Below are positions 29,673 to 40,657 of a stretch of 64,000 nt of DNA, in pieces. Origin of the DNA: a virus (Duplodnaviria > Caudoviricetes); the IMG/VR virus record IMGVR_UViG_3300043468_001158; one strand, written 5' to 3'. Position 1 is the first letter of the stretch, and each line of letters starts with the position of its first letter. The position numbers were made by a program, and so were the translations under genes. The notes beneath the pieces are model-generated. The model made no database searches. It was not told the DNA's origin and saw only the letters and a program-made list of their open reading frames with translations.

Positions 29673-30050
29673 CTATGCACTGGTTTTGACTTCTATTTTT
29701 AGCATATCTTGAACTCCAAACTCAAGATAGAAAACATCGACTAAACCGAGGATAACATTATTATCAGTTAATGAAACTACTTGCATATCAACCAATCTTA
29801 CACGCGGGTCATATTCTATTACGTAACGAAGGTCATCTTCTATGATCTTACGAGTATTCTCATCATTTGGTTCAAACGTAAGTAAAGGAATACGAGTTCC
29901 AAACGTGGGCATCATTACTCTATCACCTTTAGCAGTAAAGATGTGGTTGTATAAGTCTTGCTTGACTACTTCAAAGTTAGAGATACCAAACTGTTTAGAG
30001 CTCATCCACTTATTAGAAGAGAAGCCATGATACAAAGTTTTGAATGCCAT
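29673..30050 (-). CDS. gp25: Baseplate wedge subunit, gp25/GPW-like
   Basis: VKQDLYNHIFTAKGDRVMMPTFGTRI...FEP...IEYDPRV is the GPW/gp25 signature. Confidence 0.9.
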   Translation of the reverse strand: MAFKTLYHGFSSNKWMSSKQFGISNFEVVKQDLYNHIFTAKGDRVMMPTFGTRIPLLTFEPNDENTRKIIEDDLRYVIEYDPRVRLVDMQVVSLTDNNVILGLVDVFYLEFGVQDMLKIEVKTSA

Positions 30051-30057
30051 TTACTTA

Positions 30058-31296
30058 TTATCCTTTATAATGCGAATTGCGATTTTTGTTTGCGGGTCTA
30101 ACGAAAGGTTCATGCGATGGAACAATAGATGCACCCGATGCTTCTTGTGCACATTCACCTGCTGCAGCGGGTCCACCTGGTAAGATACGTTCGTCTTTGT
30201 CAGCATCGGTTGGCGTTGTTTCTACTGCCGCAGTAATCTTACTTCCTTGCATAGCAAATAAACCCAAACTTTTGATATCAACTGTGTCACCAGTCAAACG
30301 GGTTTTTGTACCAACTAAGTCTAATGTACATCCTGTCGCAGCAAGAGTTGCTCCGGCTTTAATATGTACATTCCCACCCTGAACCCTAGTATCTGCTTCG
30401 CTTTTGATGTTGATACCAGTCTTTGCTTCAAGATTAATGTTACGACCTGCCGCTAAGTTAATGTCTTCTTCTGCTCGCACTGAGATAGACTTTGCCCCAT
30501 ACATATGAATGTGTCCGTCTTCATCAAGTTCTACCCAAGTATTACCTGAAGCAGTTGATATGTAGATACGTTCGTTAGTATCGTCAAGAATGATTTGATT
30601 GCCTTCACAAGTCTTGACTCTTATTCGACAGTTATCAGCAGTGTCGTTCATTGTGATGACATGATGACCTGGAGTTACCCAACAATAAGTTTGCGGGTCA
30701 AGATACTCAGTTGGGTCAGCCGCTGCCGGTGCATATCCTTCATTCCCGTCTGGGTGAAGTTTTGGTTGGGCAACTTGTCGTTCACTTACCCCACGAGTTT
30801 GAGCGATTGGATTACTTACGTCTCCATTGAAAGCTGCACGTAAGTTAGAGTAAGCAGGTTCCAGAGGGTCATACGAGTCGGTAAACGGGCCAACTGTTGT
30901 TTCATCAGGTTTCTTATTTCTTCCAGAAGGTAGTCCTCTATTTCGATGTAAGTCATACGCCGCAGCAAAGAAGAACCTTCGATTAGGATTACCATTCAGA
31001 AGAAAGACTAACACTTGAGAATTGAGTTTAGGTAAGCAATAGAAACCATAAGGTACAGGTCCTTTAGGTGCTTTTCTATTTCGACCAGCTGGGAAGTCAT
31101 TAGTAACTCCACCAAAAGGTGCTGCATATTCTGCCCAAGGTAATTGGCTAATATTATAAGACTCACCATCTAAAGCTGGACACCATACTTTCATTCTTCC
31201 CATTTGATTTGGGTCGTCCGTATCCATCACGAAACCATTAGTGATAAATGGAAAATGATTTTGATATCGATTTAGGATTGATTTATTAGTTTGCAT
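30058..31296 (-). CDS. gp5: Baseplate central spike, gp5/VgrG-like (no lysozyme domain seen)
   Basis: OB-fold start DTDDPNQMGRMKVWCP, beta-helix region GHHVITMND...GNQIILDD...WVELDEDGHI, C-terminal VPSHEPF. Confidence 0.8.
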   Translation of the reverse strand: MQTNKSILNRYQNHFPFITNGFVMDTDDPNQMGRMKVWCPALDGESYNISQLPWAEYAAPFGGVTNDFPAGRNRKAPKGPVPYGFYCLPKLNSQVLVFLLNGNPNRRFFFAAAYDLHRNRGLPSGRNKKPDETTVGPFTDSYDPLEPAYSNLRAAFNGDVSNPIAQTRGVSERQVAQPKLHPDGNEGYAPAAADPTEYLDPQTYCWVTPGHHVITMNDTADNCRIRVKTCEGNQIILDDTNERIYISTASGNTWVELDEDGHIHMYGAKSISVRAEEDINLAAGRNINLEAKTGINIKSEADTRVQGGNVHIKAGATLAATGCTLDLVGTKTRLTGDTVDIKSLGLFAMQGSKITAAVETTPTDADKDERILPGGPAAAGECAQEASGASIVPSHEPFVRPANKNRNSHYKG

Positions 31297-33352
31297 TATT
31301 CACACCTTCTTGTGCCTTTAGCGTACTTATTGCACCATAATTATGTTGCATTATTAGTATAAGTTCTTGCGTAAAATCACTTCCGCTAAAAGTATGAACA
31401 ACTGATTGTATCATATACCAATCATCATAAAATAGTTTGACTTTGTATTCATCTACATTACCTTCTTGGTTGAATGGATAATCTCGTGGTCCATATACAT
31501 TCACTTTAGCGAATTGGGTTTCTCCTAAAAACTTCTTATCAATCATTTGACGTTCAACAAACTTACGATGTTCAAGATGAGCTTGAACAATACTTCCATT
31601 TCCAGTTGCAGCGGTTTCATTCTTAGGGTCGTATTCCCATTTAGATAATTTGTCAATATAAGATGCATCGCCATTTTCAATATAGTCTTTGACCGAAGTA
31701 GTAATTTTTGGAACAGGAGCAATTGCTTCAACTACGAAGTTAGAAAATAAGTTAGGGTTTCCTCGAATTTTGACACTTGTTGTTCCCATTGCAAAATGCA
31801 TATCTGCCAAAGTTTGATGAAATGCTTGCGCATTTTTAAATACTTCTTTTGCTAATGGATTATTCGTAGGTGCAACATCTGCCTGATTAGAACGTTGAGT
31901 AGTTGTTTTTGGCGGTAGATACATAGGCTGATTTTTACCAGGATTCCCAACGAATGTTTTCTTATCAACTTCAGGAGAAAGTTTATCTTTCTTCTTTTGA
32001 GATTGGCTTGTAATATCTTTTCCTGTTTCATAAGGCGCACCTGATGATGTTTCAAGTCCTACAAATAAATTATCTATTTTGATGTTGAAGTCTAATACGT
32101 CAGGATTATGTCCTGAATAAAGATAGTCAAATTCAATTGAACCGTCAGGATTTTTTGCATCTCGTTCCGGTCCGGTTCTTGTGCCTTCACTTACTTTCTT
32201 TTGGTCGGCATCTGGGTTTGGCATCTTATACTGTATTACATCAAAATGTATAACCATTTCTTCTTCATTTGAAGAAACTGATTGATTGATTTTGAATTTA
32301 GTTATTTCATCAACCTTTGATATTTGACTAGCCATACCTGTAACTTCAGGACACAATTTCAGTAAGTTTTCTAAGATTTGTTTGACGTCATTAGAAATTT
32401 GAGATGAATATACTCCGCTATTTGCCTTATTATCTTCCATCGATTTTTGAACTTTAGCATACTCTTCTTCAGCCGCCGCTTTTGAACCGTCTCCATAAAA
32501 GATGGTTTCTGGAGTTCTATCATTAGTAGCACATACTGTAAGATAGAACCAATTAGGTGGAATAGTAATCATATAACGAATGATGCGACCTTTTCTTTCA
32601 GTCTTATCTTTCTTTTCGACGGGTTGTCCAGCTTCATCACGAGGTTTACTAACAGGATTAGCTTTTAGATACCATTCACGTGCAGCAACATTTAGTTGGT
32701 TTTCAATTGCTTGAACAGCCGTTCCAAGTAACGAGTTTTCGAACTTGACAGAAAGAACTTTTGGTATTTCTGACATTTGCGGCATTTGGCCGATACCCAT
32801 AGTCTGAGCACAAAAGCCCATATCATAAACAGCACCACGAGTTGTGTATTCTGATAAAGTAAACTCTCCACCCATTATCATAGGAATACCAACCGTTGAC
32901 ACATGTTCAGTTGTTCCAGTATCAGTATGTCCAATGAAGGTGATATGTAAACAAAAGACTAATCCACTCCCATCCGTTTTTAGCTTATCAAAAGTAAGGT
33001 ATCTAAAGTAATTGAAGAACCCAACACCGGATGGGTCAACAACTTGAATATGAATAAGCCCTTCATTAGTAAGGGTTTGTCCAGCATATTCACCTGAAGC
33101 ATTCACGAGAGTAGTAAAGGTCACATTAGCAATTGAGAACTCTGATGTCTTTCTTGAGTCAACAAGTAGATAAACACCTCCACCTATATCATCTCCTAGC
33201 TTCTTCCCTGTAACATTTGCTAGGAACCCTACCCCATCTGGTTTGCTAGGTGCTAGATATGGTTGAAATGCTTCTGAATTACTCGCAACGGTCATAATGT
33301 AATGGATACTATGTGACCTATACTTGTCTAATGGATTTGCTGGGATGCTCAT
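31286..33352 (-). CDS. Baseplate hub protein (gp27-like)
   Basis: Directly upstream of gp5; starts NPLDKYRSHSIH; C-terminal VKIRGNP...YMIQSVVHTFSGSDFTQELIL is typical of hub proteins. Confidence 0.65.
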   Translation of the reverse strand: MSIPANPLDKYRSHSIHYIMTVASNSEAFQPYLAPSKPDGVGFLANVTGKKLGDDIGGGVYLLVDSRKTSEFSIANVTFTTLVNASGEYAGQTLTNEGLIHIQVVDPSGVGFFNYFRYLTFDKLKTDGSGLVFCLHITFIGHTDTGTTEHVSTVGIPMIMGGEFTLSEYTTRGAVYDMGFCAQTMGIGQMPQMSEIPKVLSVKFENSLLGTAVQAIENQLNVAAREWYLKANPVSKPRDEAGQPVEKKDKTERKGRIIRYMITIPPNWFYLTVCATNDRTPETIFYGDGSKAAAEEEYAKVQKSMEDNKANSGVYSSQISNDVKQILENLLKLCPEVTGMASQISKVDEITKFKINQSVSSNEEEMVIHFDVIQYKMPNPDADQKKVSEGTRTGPERDAKNPDGSIEFDYLYSGHNPDVLDFNIKIDNLFVGLETSSGAPYETGKDITSQSQKKKDKLSPEVDKKTFVGNPGKNQPMYLPPKTTTQRSNQADVAPTNNPLAKEVFKNAQAFHQTLADMHFAMGTTSVKIRGNPNLFSNFVVEAIAPVPKITTSVKDYIENGDASYIDKLSKWEYDPKNETAATGNGSIVQAHLEHRKFVERQMIDKKFLGETQFAKVNVYGPRDYPFNQEGNVDEYKVKLFYDDWYMIQSVVHTFSGSDFTQELILIMQHNYGAISTLKAQEGVNNAN

Positions 33353-33357
33353 ATGTA

Positions 33358-33732
33358 TTATAGGACTAATGGAGGGAGGATAGCTTCGCTACTTCTAGCA
33401 CTATCTATTCCTCCAACTTTTTGGGTCAATAAGAGTTGAACTCGTTCGTTTGATGGTATCGTTAGCACACGACCGATGAAAGCTTCTTCATACGGGTCTA
33501 ATAAGTAGTTGTATTGAGCAATGACCCACCATAACCCCGGGTCATTGTAGAACCCATAAGCTACTTTGTCTAATCTTCCAGCAGTCGTTTCATTGATAGT
33601 ATAGAGAACATCACTTGCTTCATCCACTGGGAAATTGAAACGACCCCACCATTCTAAACCAATAGGACCGACTTCAGTTAGACCACCTTGAACAAATCGT
33701 GATAATTTTTGTTGAACACTTGATGTTGTCAT
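33358..33732 (-). CDS. gp53: Baseplate wedge protein, gp53/LysM-like
   Basis: GRLDKVAYGFYNDPGLWWVIAQYN motif. Confidence 0.8.
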   Translation of the reverse strand: MTTSSVQQKLSRFVQGGLTEVGPIGLEWWGRFNFPVDEASDVLYTINETTAGRLDKVAYGFYNDPGLWWVIAQYNYLLDPYEEAFIGRVLTIPSNERVQLLLTQKVGGIDSARSSEAILPPLVL

Positions 33733-35165
33733 TAATTACTTTGACCTCTACTGAAAGCCTTAGGAATAGTTTTTTCTGCTGTTGCTGAGTCTATGACTGA
33801 GTCTACAAAATCTTTACCTTCATAAAATCCTAAAGTGCTAACTGCTTTTTTCAAAGTCGAGGTTGAACTATTCTTTTCTATGATTGCTTTTGCTTTTTGT
33901 TCTAATTGTTCTTTACCCCAAGAGCCGAGTGATGTCGTTGCTTCAGACTTAGCAGTCGACGCATTTGTAGCTGCTGGTGAAGTCGGTGTAACACCTGAAG
34001 AATTAGCTGGTGTTGGTGCCGCATCAATTCCTTTTGGAGTTTCTGCAGGTTTAGCAGTTGGTTCTCCAGCTGAAGGAGTTGCTCTCGAACCATCATAAGC
34101 ACCTTTCATATCACCTTTCTTGTAAGCACTTAAACTAAATCCACTATATTCTCGTGGCGACCAAGCTTCTTTCAATGATATGCTTACGTTCATAATAACA
34201 GGAAATGCTTGACCATCTGATGTATGTAAGTAATCAACATCATTAGGCCAATCAATGTTTAGCTGTGTCAAAACGACTGAAATGTTTCCAATGTTCTTAC
34301 TGCCATACGCATTCAGTTCTAATAAGTCAGGTGGTGCTCCTAACATATTCCTATTCTCTGCTTCAGTTCCATAACCATAATATGGCATCAACCAGCTTCG
34401 TAATACATTGAGCACTCGTTGGTTTTCAGTTGCTTCAGAAATGTTTCGTGAAATTAGTTTGATTGAACCAATAGACCAACCTCTCGCTGCAGTATGATTA
34501 TACTTCAACATCGAACCAGGATGATGAGCAGGTGTCACATCATCATACATTGCACCACGTTCTTCAGAAATAGTTGGAGTCACATTGAAATAGACAATCT
34601 CACCACTTGTAATAGACTTTAGCTCAACTCCTTGACGTTTAGGACCACCTGCGTCTGAAGCAATTCCGCTACTCAATAAGGCTGAAGTCACATCAGTCGA
34701 ACCGATAATCTTATCCACAAAACCAGGTTTCAAACTATCAAAATTGAGTGAGTCTCCAATTCCCTTGATAGCATTCTCAGTTACCGATGAAAAGTTTCCG
34801 TTAGTCAATGATTTGAACGATTGAGGTATCATATTGTTTAAAGCATCGCTACTTCCTAATGCACCAGAAATCATATGCCCTGGAGTATTAGAATCGCCTG
34901 AAAAGAAGTCACCGATGTTGTCCATCATTTTAGATGCACCCCATTTGATTTGACTTGCAACTTCACCAAGCTTTTCGAAAGGCTGTGTCAAGTCAGACAT
35001 GCTCGGTAATGAAGGCAGGTCACTTTTTATTGCATCCCACGTAGAACCGGTGCCGTTATTTGCCGCATGCCAAGCCCTTGCTTGTTCAATAGTATATGCC
35101 TGACCATTAGGTCTATTGATTTGACTAGTCGGATAGATTGGTGGAAAAGAAGCATCCCAAGTCAT
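33732..35165 (-). CDS. Tail tube initiator/baseplate-tube junction protein (gp48/54-like)
   Basis: Central FNVTPTISEERGAMY...APPDLLELNAYG...VVLTQLNIDWP domain; position in the baseplate cluster. Confidence 0.55.
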   Translation of the reverse strand: MTWDASFPPIYPTSQINRPNGQAYTIEQARAWHAANNGTGSTWDAIKSDLPSLPSMSDLTQPFEKLGEVASQIKWGASKMMDNIGDFFSGDSNTPGHMISGALGSSDALNNMIPQSFKSLTNGNFSSVTENAIKGIGDSLNFDSLKPGFVDKIIGSTDVTSALLSSGIASDAGGPKRQGVELKSITSGEIVYFNVTPTISEERGAMYDDVTPAHHPGSMLKYNHTAARGWSIGSIKLISRNISEATENQRVLNVLRSWLMPYYGYGTEAENRNMLGAPPDLLELNAYGSKNIGNISVVLTQLNIDWPNDVDYLHTSDGQAFPVIMNVSISLKEAWSPREYSGFSLSAYKKGDMKGAYDGSRATPSAGEPTAKPAETPKGIDAAPTPANSSGVTPTSPAATNASTAKSEATTSLGSWGKEQLEQKAKAIIEKNSSTSTLKKAVSTLGFYEGKDFVDSVIDSATAEKTIPKAFSRGQSN

Positions 35166-35168
35166 AAC

Positions 35169-35900
35169 TTATTCCCCTTCGTTATCGTCAGTAAACCCAA
35201 ATGACTTTTGAAGTTTCTTGAACATTAATCGTGCAAGTGTCTTATTATGTTCTAAACCAACAATAGTTGCAAATTCGTCTTCATACCCAAGCTCTACCGC
35301 TCGACGTGCAACTGAACCACTTATCTCGTCATCATTCAAGTTCCCTGACGTATGTAGTTTTTCCATTGCTCTATCTAAAGCGGATTGCTTATCAGCTTTC
35401 TTGGTCTCAACCGCATCGTCCGTTCTATCAAGCCCTGGAATGATGATATGTTCAATAGGCTTATCATCTTCAGTCTTGAAGCCTTTGTCTAACATATCTT
35501 TATAACCCTTAGCCCTGTCAGAACCCGCACCAATTGCAATCGGTTCGAACCCTGCATCACGAATAGCACCAAGTGCAAAGAACGCACTTTTAGAAGTCAA
35601 GAACTCTACACCGTTAGCCTTACCTGATGCTTGCATATAAGTAATACGTTCATCAGCGGTAAGGGGGTTTTTCTTCTTATCTAAAGATGACTTCTCGCCA
35701 GCAATCACAACAACTACAGGTTTAGCTTCAATGTCTAAATGAGGGTTCTTACGAATGAACTCTTTCATTTTGTTGATTACTTTATAGTGGCCTTGAGTGG
35801 GCGGATTTAGTCTGCCTATCATAAACGCCACTCTTTTATTCTGCATTGGTGGCAAAGCTTCAAATAGGAATTCTTCTTCTGTTTCGTTTAGTAATGACAT
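35169..35900 (-). CDS. Cytidyltransferase-like (HxGH-class) nucleotidyltransferase
   Basis: GRLNPPTQGH, NPLTADER, AGSDR and ISGSVAR motifs of the T4-like phage cytidyltransferase family; GATAAATA at 35935-35942. Confidence 0.8.
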   Translation of the reverse strand: MSLLNETEEEFLFEALPPMQNKRVAFMIGRLNPPTQGHYKVINKMKEFIRKNPHLDIEAKPVVVVIAGEKSSLDKKKNPLTADERITYMQASGKANGVEFLTSKSAFFALGAIRDAGFEPIAIGAGSDRAKGYKDMLDKGFKTEDDKPIEHIIIPGLDRTDDAVETKKADKQSALDRAMEKLHTSGNLNDDEISGSVARRAVELGYEDEFATIVGLEHNKTLARLMFKKLQKSFGFTDDNEGE

Positions 35901-35964
35901 ATTGTTAATTCACACTTATTTTGGAGTATAGAACTATTTATCATTCAACAAAGAATGAAAAAAT

Positions 35965-35993
35965 TACACAAAATATCAAAATAGTGATATAAT
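35965..35993 (+). promoter_or_regulatory. Sigma70-type promoter (extended -10) for gp55
   Basis: TGA-TATAAT at 35985-35993 with a weak -35, about 50 nt upstream of the ATG. Confidence 0.5.
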
Positions 35994-36045
35994 TGATTAG
36001 TGGTCATTTATAACAGCACTAACCTTACAAGGGAGTTCCAATCAA

Positions 36046-36609
36046 ATGACCAAATCAATTTTAATTTTTGAACCTAATTCTAACGATACACCTTTAGAAG
36101 AACCAACAGCTTTAGAACCTCAGATAGAACAAAAAACAAAGAAAGAAAAACCACCTAAACCTCCAAAATTCAAACGTCCAAAGGCAACTTCTACTGAAGG
36201 GCATTATGTAACCAATGCCGTCTTATTGCCTGAAATGCTCCGTGCTAAAGCTCTCGGCCGAGTAACACCCGAACTCGCCGAAATGTTTTTGAAGATTGCT
36301 ACTCGTTATTCAATGAGTAAGAATTATGCTCATCTATCATCTATTCGTGATGATATGATTTCCAATGCAGTTCTCAATCTACTTCAAAACGGTCTCAAAT
36401 TCAACCCTGAAAAATCTAGTAATCCATTCAGTTATACTACGCAATGTTGTTATCATAGTTTCTTAATGGTTATTGCAGAAGAAAAGAAACAACGCGAAAT
36501 TCGAGATACATTACTTTTAGATAATGGAGTAAATGCATCGCTTGGACATATGGAAAAAGAACACGATAGTTATCGCGAAAAACATGCGGAGTTCTTTGAT
36601 AATGAGTAA
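36046..36609 (+). CDS. gp55: Late-transcription sigma factor, T4 gp55-like
   Basis: HYVTN...KIATRYS...DDMISNA...KFNPEKSSNPFSYTTQCCYHSF...EEKKQ; syntenic with gp47/gp46. Confidence 0.88.
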   Translation: MTKSILIFEPNSNDTPLEEPTALEPQIEQKTKKEKPPKPPKFKRPKATSTEGHYVTNAVLLPEMLRAKALGRVTPELAEMFLKIATRYSMSKNYAHLSSIRDDMISNAVLNLLQNGLKFNPEKSSNPFSYTTQCCYHSFLMVIAEEKKQREIRDTLLLDNGVNASLGHMEKEHDSYREKHAEFFDNE

Positions 36610-37687
36610 TGATATTGCTTTCATTGACATTTGTACAGAATACGGTATTCATATTTCATCAATCAGTAAAATTGCAATGTTTACTGATATTCATTGGGGA
36701 AATCATCATAATTCAGTTCAACATAATATAGATTGTGCAACTTATATTGAATGGTTTATAAAACAAGTTGCAAAGAATGATGTTGATTGTATCTTCTTTC
36801 TTGGAGATTGGTTTGAACATCGTGGTGCAATCAATAGTTTGACTGCACACTATTCAATTAACGCTCTTAGACGATTAAACTCGTTAGGTATTCCAATATT
36901 AATGTTAGTAGGGAATCATGATTTATATCATAGACATAATCGAGAAATCCATTCAGCGGAAACTTTCAAAGAATTGAACAATGTTCATATTATCGATGCT
37001 CCGGCTAAACTTAATGATATGTTATTATTGCCTTATCTTTTCAAAGATGAATATCCATTAGTTGCACCACAAGTTAATAAATCTAAATATGTCTTTGGTC
37101 ATTTTGAGTTTAGAAACTTTTATTTGACTGGTACTAATGCAAGAGCCGAACATGGATATCATCATAAATTATTTGATGGTCCAACTCATATCTTCTCTGG
37201 TCATTATCATAAAAGACAAGCAACTGATAATGTTATCTACATAGGTAATCCGTTCGGCACTTCATATGCAGATGCTGGCGATTATGAACGAGGTTGTTGT
37301 ATCTTAAATGTTAGTACAGCTGAAGTATCTTTTATTGATTATGAAGCAGGTCCAACTTATCTAAAAACTGAGTTAAGCTCGTTACTTGATGAATTAGTAA
37401 AACCTAAGAATAAAGCACGAGTTAGATGTTTATTAGATGTGGAAGTAACTTACTCTGAAGCTCAAGCACTAAAGCAAGAGTTTATGGAGTTATACGACTT
37501 ACGTGAGTTAATACTTGAAGAAAATGTCAAAGAACAACAAGCGGCTCTTGAAGAAAGTATTGCTGAGCTTGAAGAATTAGACTTAAGTTCTTTAGATGAA
37601 ACTGTTATGAAACTTATTGAAACTGGGGTTCAAGCAACATCAACTATTAACCCTACCACATTAGTATCAATCTACAAACTATTATAG
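36602..37687 (+). CDS. gp47: Recombination nuclease, gp47/Mre11/SbcD-like
   Basis: Metallophosphoesterase motifs DIHWG, GDWFE, GNHD, GHFE and SGHYH; start reset to MSND at 36602. Confidence 0.92.
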   Translation: MSNDIAFIDICTEYGIHISSISKIAMFTDIHWGNHHNSVQHNIDCATYIEWFIKQVAKNDVDCIFFLGDWFEHRGAINSLTAHYSINALRRLNSLGIPILMLVGNHDLYHRHNREIHSAETFKELNNVHIIDAPAKLNDMLLLPYLFKDEYPLVAPQVNKSKYVFGHFEFRNFYLTGTNARAEHGYHHKLFDGPTHIFSGHYHKRQATDNVIYIGNPFGTSYADAGDYERGCCILNVSTAEVSFIDYEAGPTYLKTELSSLLDELVKPKNKARVRCLLDVEVTYSEAQALKQEFMELYDLRELILEENVKEQQAALEESIAELEELDLSSLDETVMKLIETGVQATSTINPTTLVSIYKLL

Positions 37688-37691
37688 AATT

Positions 37692-39443
37692 ATGCAAAGA
37701 TTAAAAGCAATAAGATTACGTTTTAGAAACTTCATGTCATTTGGTAACCAATGGACTGAAATCAATTTTGAAGACTCTACTTCTACTTTCATTTACGGAG
37801 AAAACATAGATACTAATACTAGAAATGGTGCTGGTAAAACTTCAATTCTAAATGCTATTGTATATGCCGTCTATAATCGAGCTTTTGATAATATCACCTT
37901 ACCTCGACTAATCAATATCACTAATGCGGCAAAGAATACTTTGATGGAAGTTGAGTATCTTTTTTCTAAAGGTTCTGACATATATGAAATCAAACGTAAG
38001 CGAGGTGAATCTCACGGTGTAACTTTAGAAGAAAATGGAATTGATATTACTCCAGATAGTATTAACGAAACTGATGCATTGATAGAACGTATCTATGGTA
38101 GAAGTTATGAACTTTTTACTAGAGTAATTGTCTTTGCTGGTAATACTACGCCATTCCTTGATTTACCGGTTAGTTTGCAACGAGCTCATATTGAAGAACT
38201 ATTCAACATTACAGTCTTAAGCGAAAAAGCTCAAAAGCTGAAGAAGGTTATTCAAACTAGTGAAAGTGATGCAAAGGTAGAAGAAGCCTTATTGAAAGAA
38301 CGAGAAACTTCGTCAAAGCTGAAGCAGAAACGTTTAGCAGAGTTTGAACAAAAGGTCATTAGTTGGGAAGAACAGAAAGAAGCTAAGCTAATAAGTTATC
38401 GCAAGCAATTAGCTTCAGTAGAAGGCATTGACTTTACTAATGAACGAGAACTATTTGAACGTAAGACAAAGTTGTCAGAAGAACAACAACGAACCTCTTC
38501 AACTAAGGCATCGCTAACACGAGCTAAAGAACGACTTGATAAAGATATTGCAACACTCCTAAAACAGCAACAGCATTTGGAAGATGACAAGTGTCCGTAT
38601 TGCTTACAGAACATGGCAGATGCAGCTTCTAAGCTACATGACATTGAAGAGAAGCTGTTAGCTCTTGTTGCTTCTTTAGAAGAGCATGAAGAAAAACTAG
38701 CGACAGAAACGACTAAGCTAACTAACATCCAAGCTGAATTGAAAGAAGTCAACGAAAGTATGACATATGATAATCTTCCAGTGTTACTTGATACATTAGC
38801 AAACATGAATACCTTACAAGTTCAATTACGCGAACTCGAACTAGCAGAAAATCCATACTTTGAAACATATGAACAAATGGAGTCAGAAGTAAATGAAAGT
38901 TCTATTAGCTATGAGAAACTAGATGAATTGAAAAGCACCATTGAACACCAACAGTTTCTTTTGAAACTTTTGACTGATAAGAATAGCTTCTTAAGACGTC
39001 GCATTATCAGTCGAACTATCCCGTTTCTAAATCTTAGAATGAATACTTATGCTAAGCAATTAGGATTACCACATGTCATACAGTTCAAAGATGATATGAC
39101 TTGTATGGTGTCTCAGTATGGACGAGAACTTGATTTTGGTAACTTATCCGCTGGCGAAAAGAAACGTGTCAATCTTGCAATGTCATTAGCTTTTAGAGAT
39201 GTCTTACATCATTTACATGCAAAAGATAACTTACTGTTTGTCGATGAAATTGATGCTTCGTTATGTGCATCCGGGGTTGAAAGTGTTGTTGCTTTACTAA
39301 ACCAAAAGACAAAAGAAGATGAACTATCAACCTGGGTCATTATGCATCGTGAAGGTGTAGAAGATAAGTTTGATAGAAAGATGTTGGTCATAAAGGAGAA
39401 TGGCTTTAGTACCGTTAGTTTGCAAAGCGAAGAGTGTAAATAG
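37692..39443 (+). CDS. gp46: Recombination ATPase, gp46/Rad50/SbcC-like
   Basis: Walker A NGAGKT, coiled coil with CPYC hook, LSAGE signature, LFVDE Walker B. Confidence 0.95.
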   Translation: MQRLKAIRLRFRNFMSFGNQWTEINFEDSTSTFIYGENIDTNTRNGAGKTSILNAIVYAVYNRAFDNITLPRLINITNAAKNTLMEVEYLFSKGSDIYEIKRKRGESHGVTLEENGIDITPDSINETDALIERIYGRSYELFTRVIVFAGNTTPFLDLPVSLQRAHIEELFNITVLSEKAQKLKKVIQTSESDAKVEEALLKERETSSKLKQKRLAEFEQKVISWEEQKEAKLISYRKQLASVEGIDFTNERELFERKTKLSEEQQRTSSTKASLTRAKERLDKDIATLLKQQQHLEDDKCPYCLQNMADAASKLHDIEEKLLALVASLEEHEEKLATETTKLTNIQAELKEVNESMTYDNLPVLLDTLANMNTLQVQLRELELAENPYFETYEQMESEVNESSISYEKLDELKSTIEHQQFLLKLLTDKNSFLRRRIISRTIPFLNLRMNTYAKQLGLPHVIQFKDDMTCMVSQYGRELDFGNLSAGEKKRVNLAMSLAFRDVLHHLHAKDNLLFVDEIDASLCASGVESVVALLNQKTKEDELSTWVIMHREGVEDKFDRKMLVIKENGFSTVSLQSEECK

Positions 39444-39480
39444 TAATAACTTTCCACGAATACGTACAGGATTACTTTAC

Positions 39481-40077
39481 ATGAGCATATTACAAGAACT
39501 ATTAGAACTTCGCCGTCAATCACTAACTGAAGAAGGCGAACAAGAACAACAGCAAGAAGGTGGGGATAAAGAGGATGCACCTAAAGATGAACATAAAAGC
39601 ATGAAAGACCATCTTCAAGATATGTTCAAAGAAGCTGATGGTAATGGCAGTCTTCAACCTTATGTAAAGAATGAAACTTTACAAGCTAAGGAAGCAAATG
39701 TTGGAGAAGAAATCCATCAAAACTTTCCTGGTGTTCCGTCAAAGAACATTGTGACAAAAGAAGGTGACTTAGTTGTTCGTGATAGCGAAAATCCAAATGC
39801 AATGAAAGTTGTTCCAAAACACGAGTTTGAAGTTGAATACGAAATCGAAAAAAGCGATAGCAAACCAGATGCAGAAGGCTATACATCATATCGTTCAAAA
39901 GGGCAAATCTTAGCATTTCAATATAACGAACATGAACCTCTTAGACTGCAAGATGAACATGGACATACCATTCACGTAAAGTTCGGTGACTATCTCGGCT
40001 ATCCAACCGATGATGCTTCAACTCTAATCCAACTTGATAAGACTCATTTTGAACAAAACTATCGATTAGCGGACTAA
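39481..40077 (+). CDS. Acidic hypothetical protein with two PGDYG-like half repeats
   Basis: Start MSILQELLE after TGTAAATA (39435-39442); EGDLVVRD...FEVEY and FGDYLGY...FEQNY halves. Confidence 0.55.
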   Translation: MSILQELLELRRQSLTEEGEQEQQQEGGDKEDAPKDEHKSMKDHLQDMFKEADGNGSLQPYVKNETLQAKEANVGEEIHQNFPGVPSKNIVTKEGDLVVRDSENPNAMKVVPKHEFEVEYEIEKSDSKPDAEGYTSYRSKGQILAFQYNEHEPLRLQDEHGHTIHVKFGDYLGYPTDDASTLIQLDKTHFEQNYRLAD

Positions 40078-40078
40078 T

Positions 40079-40618
40079 ATGCAAACAGAAACTATAACAA
40101 TACCTATAAAGAAGAAGCGAATAAATTCCAAAAGTAAAGGTTCTTCAAATGAACTGAAGCTCTCAAAACTTTTAGCAGAACATTTGGCACCCCTTAAATT
40201 CGTAAGAACACAACAATCTGGTGCAATTACTGGCGGAAAGAACTTTGGGTTTAGAGGACATATGTTCTCTAAGCAAACACTTGAACATTATGTTGGTGAT
40301 GTAGTGCCAAGTAATGAAGAAGAAGCAGGAGTAAAGTTTCGATTTGTGATTGAGACTAAAGCATACAAAACTCCTGATAGCTTTGAGTCCCTCTTTGTCG
40401 GAAAGCATAGTGTGTATGGTTGGCTTGATGAAGTTGATGTTGATAAAGTCAAGGTCAATAAAGAAGGAATTGTGATTATGAAATGGAACAACACCCCTTA
40501 CTATGCCGCAGTAAGACCTCACATTGAACTCCCATGCAAACATATGACTTTACCATCTGGCGATAAAGTCTGTCATTTGTTAGAGCTTCTAAAACATAAC
40601 TCTTTTTGGATATTGTGA
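40079..40618 (+). CDS. Holliday junction resolvase-like nuclease (Hjc/D14 type)
   Basis: INSKSKGSSNE...RTQQSG...GDV...IETK follows the PD-(D/E)xK resolvase pattern. Confidence 0.75.
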   Translation: MQTETITIPIKKKRINSKSKGSSNELKLSKLLAEHLAPLKFVRTQQSGAITGGKNFGFRGHMFSKQTLEHYVGDVVPSNEEEAGVKFRFVIETKAYKTPDSFESLFVGKHSVYGWLDEVDVDKVKVNKEGIVIMKWNNTPYYAAVRPHIELPCKHMTLPSGDKVCHLLELLKHNSFWIL

Positions 40619-40657
40619 TATAATATAACTTCAATAATACTTTTAGGAAATACCCAT

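Noticed and set aside
1-35900. Bacterial contractile injection system or tailocin instead of a phage
   Set aside because: Linked portal, protease, scaffold, capsid and gp55 genes show a complete T4-like phage head module.
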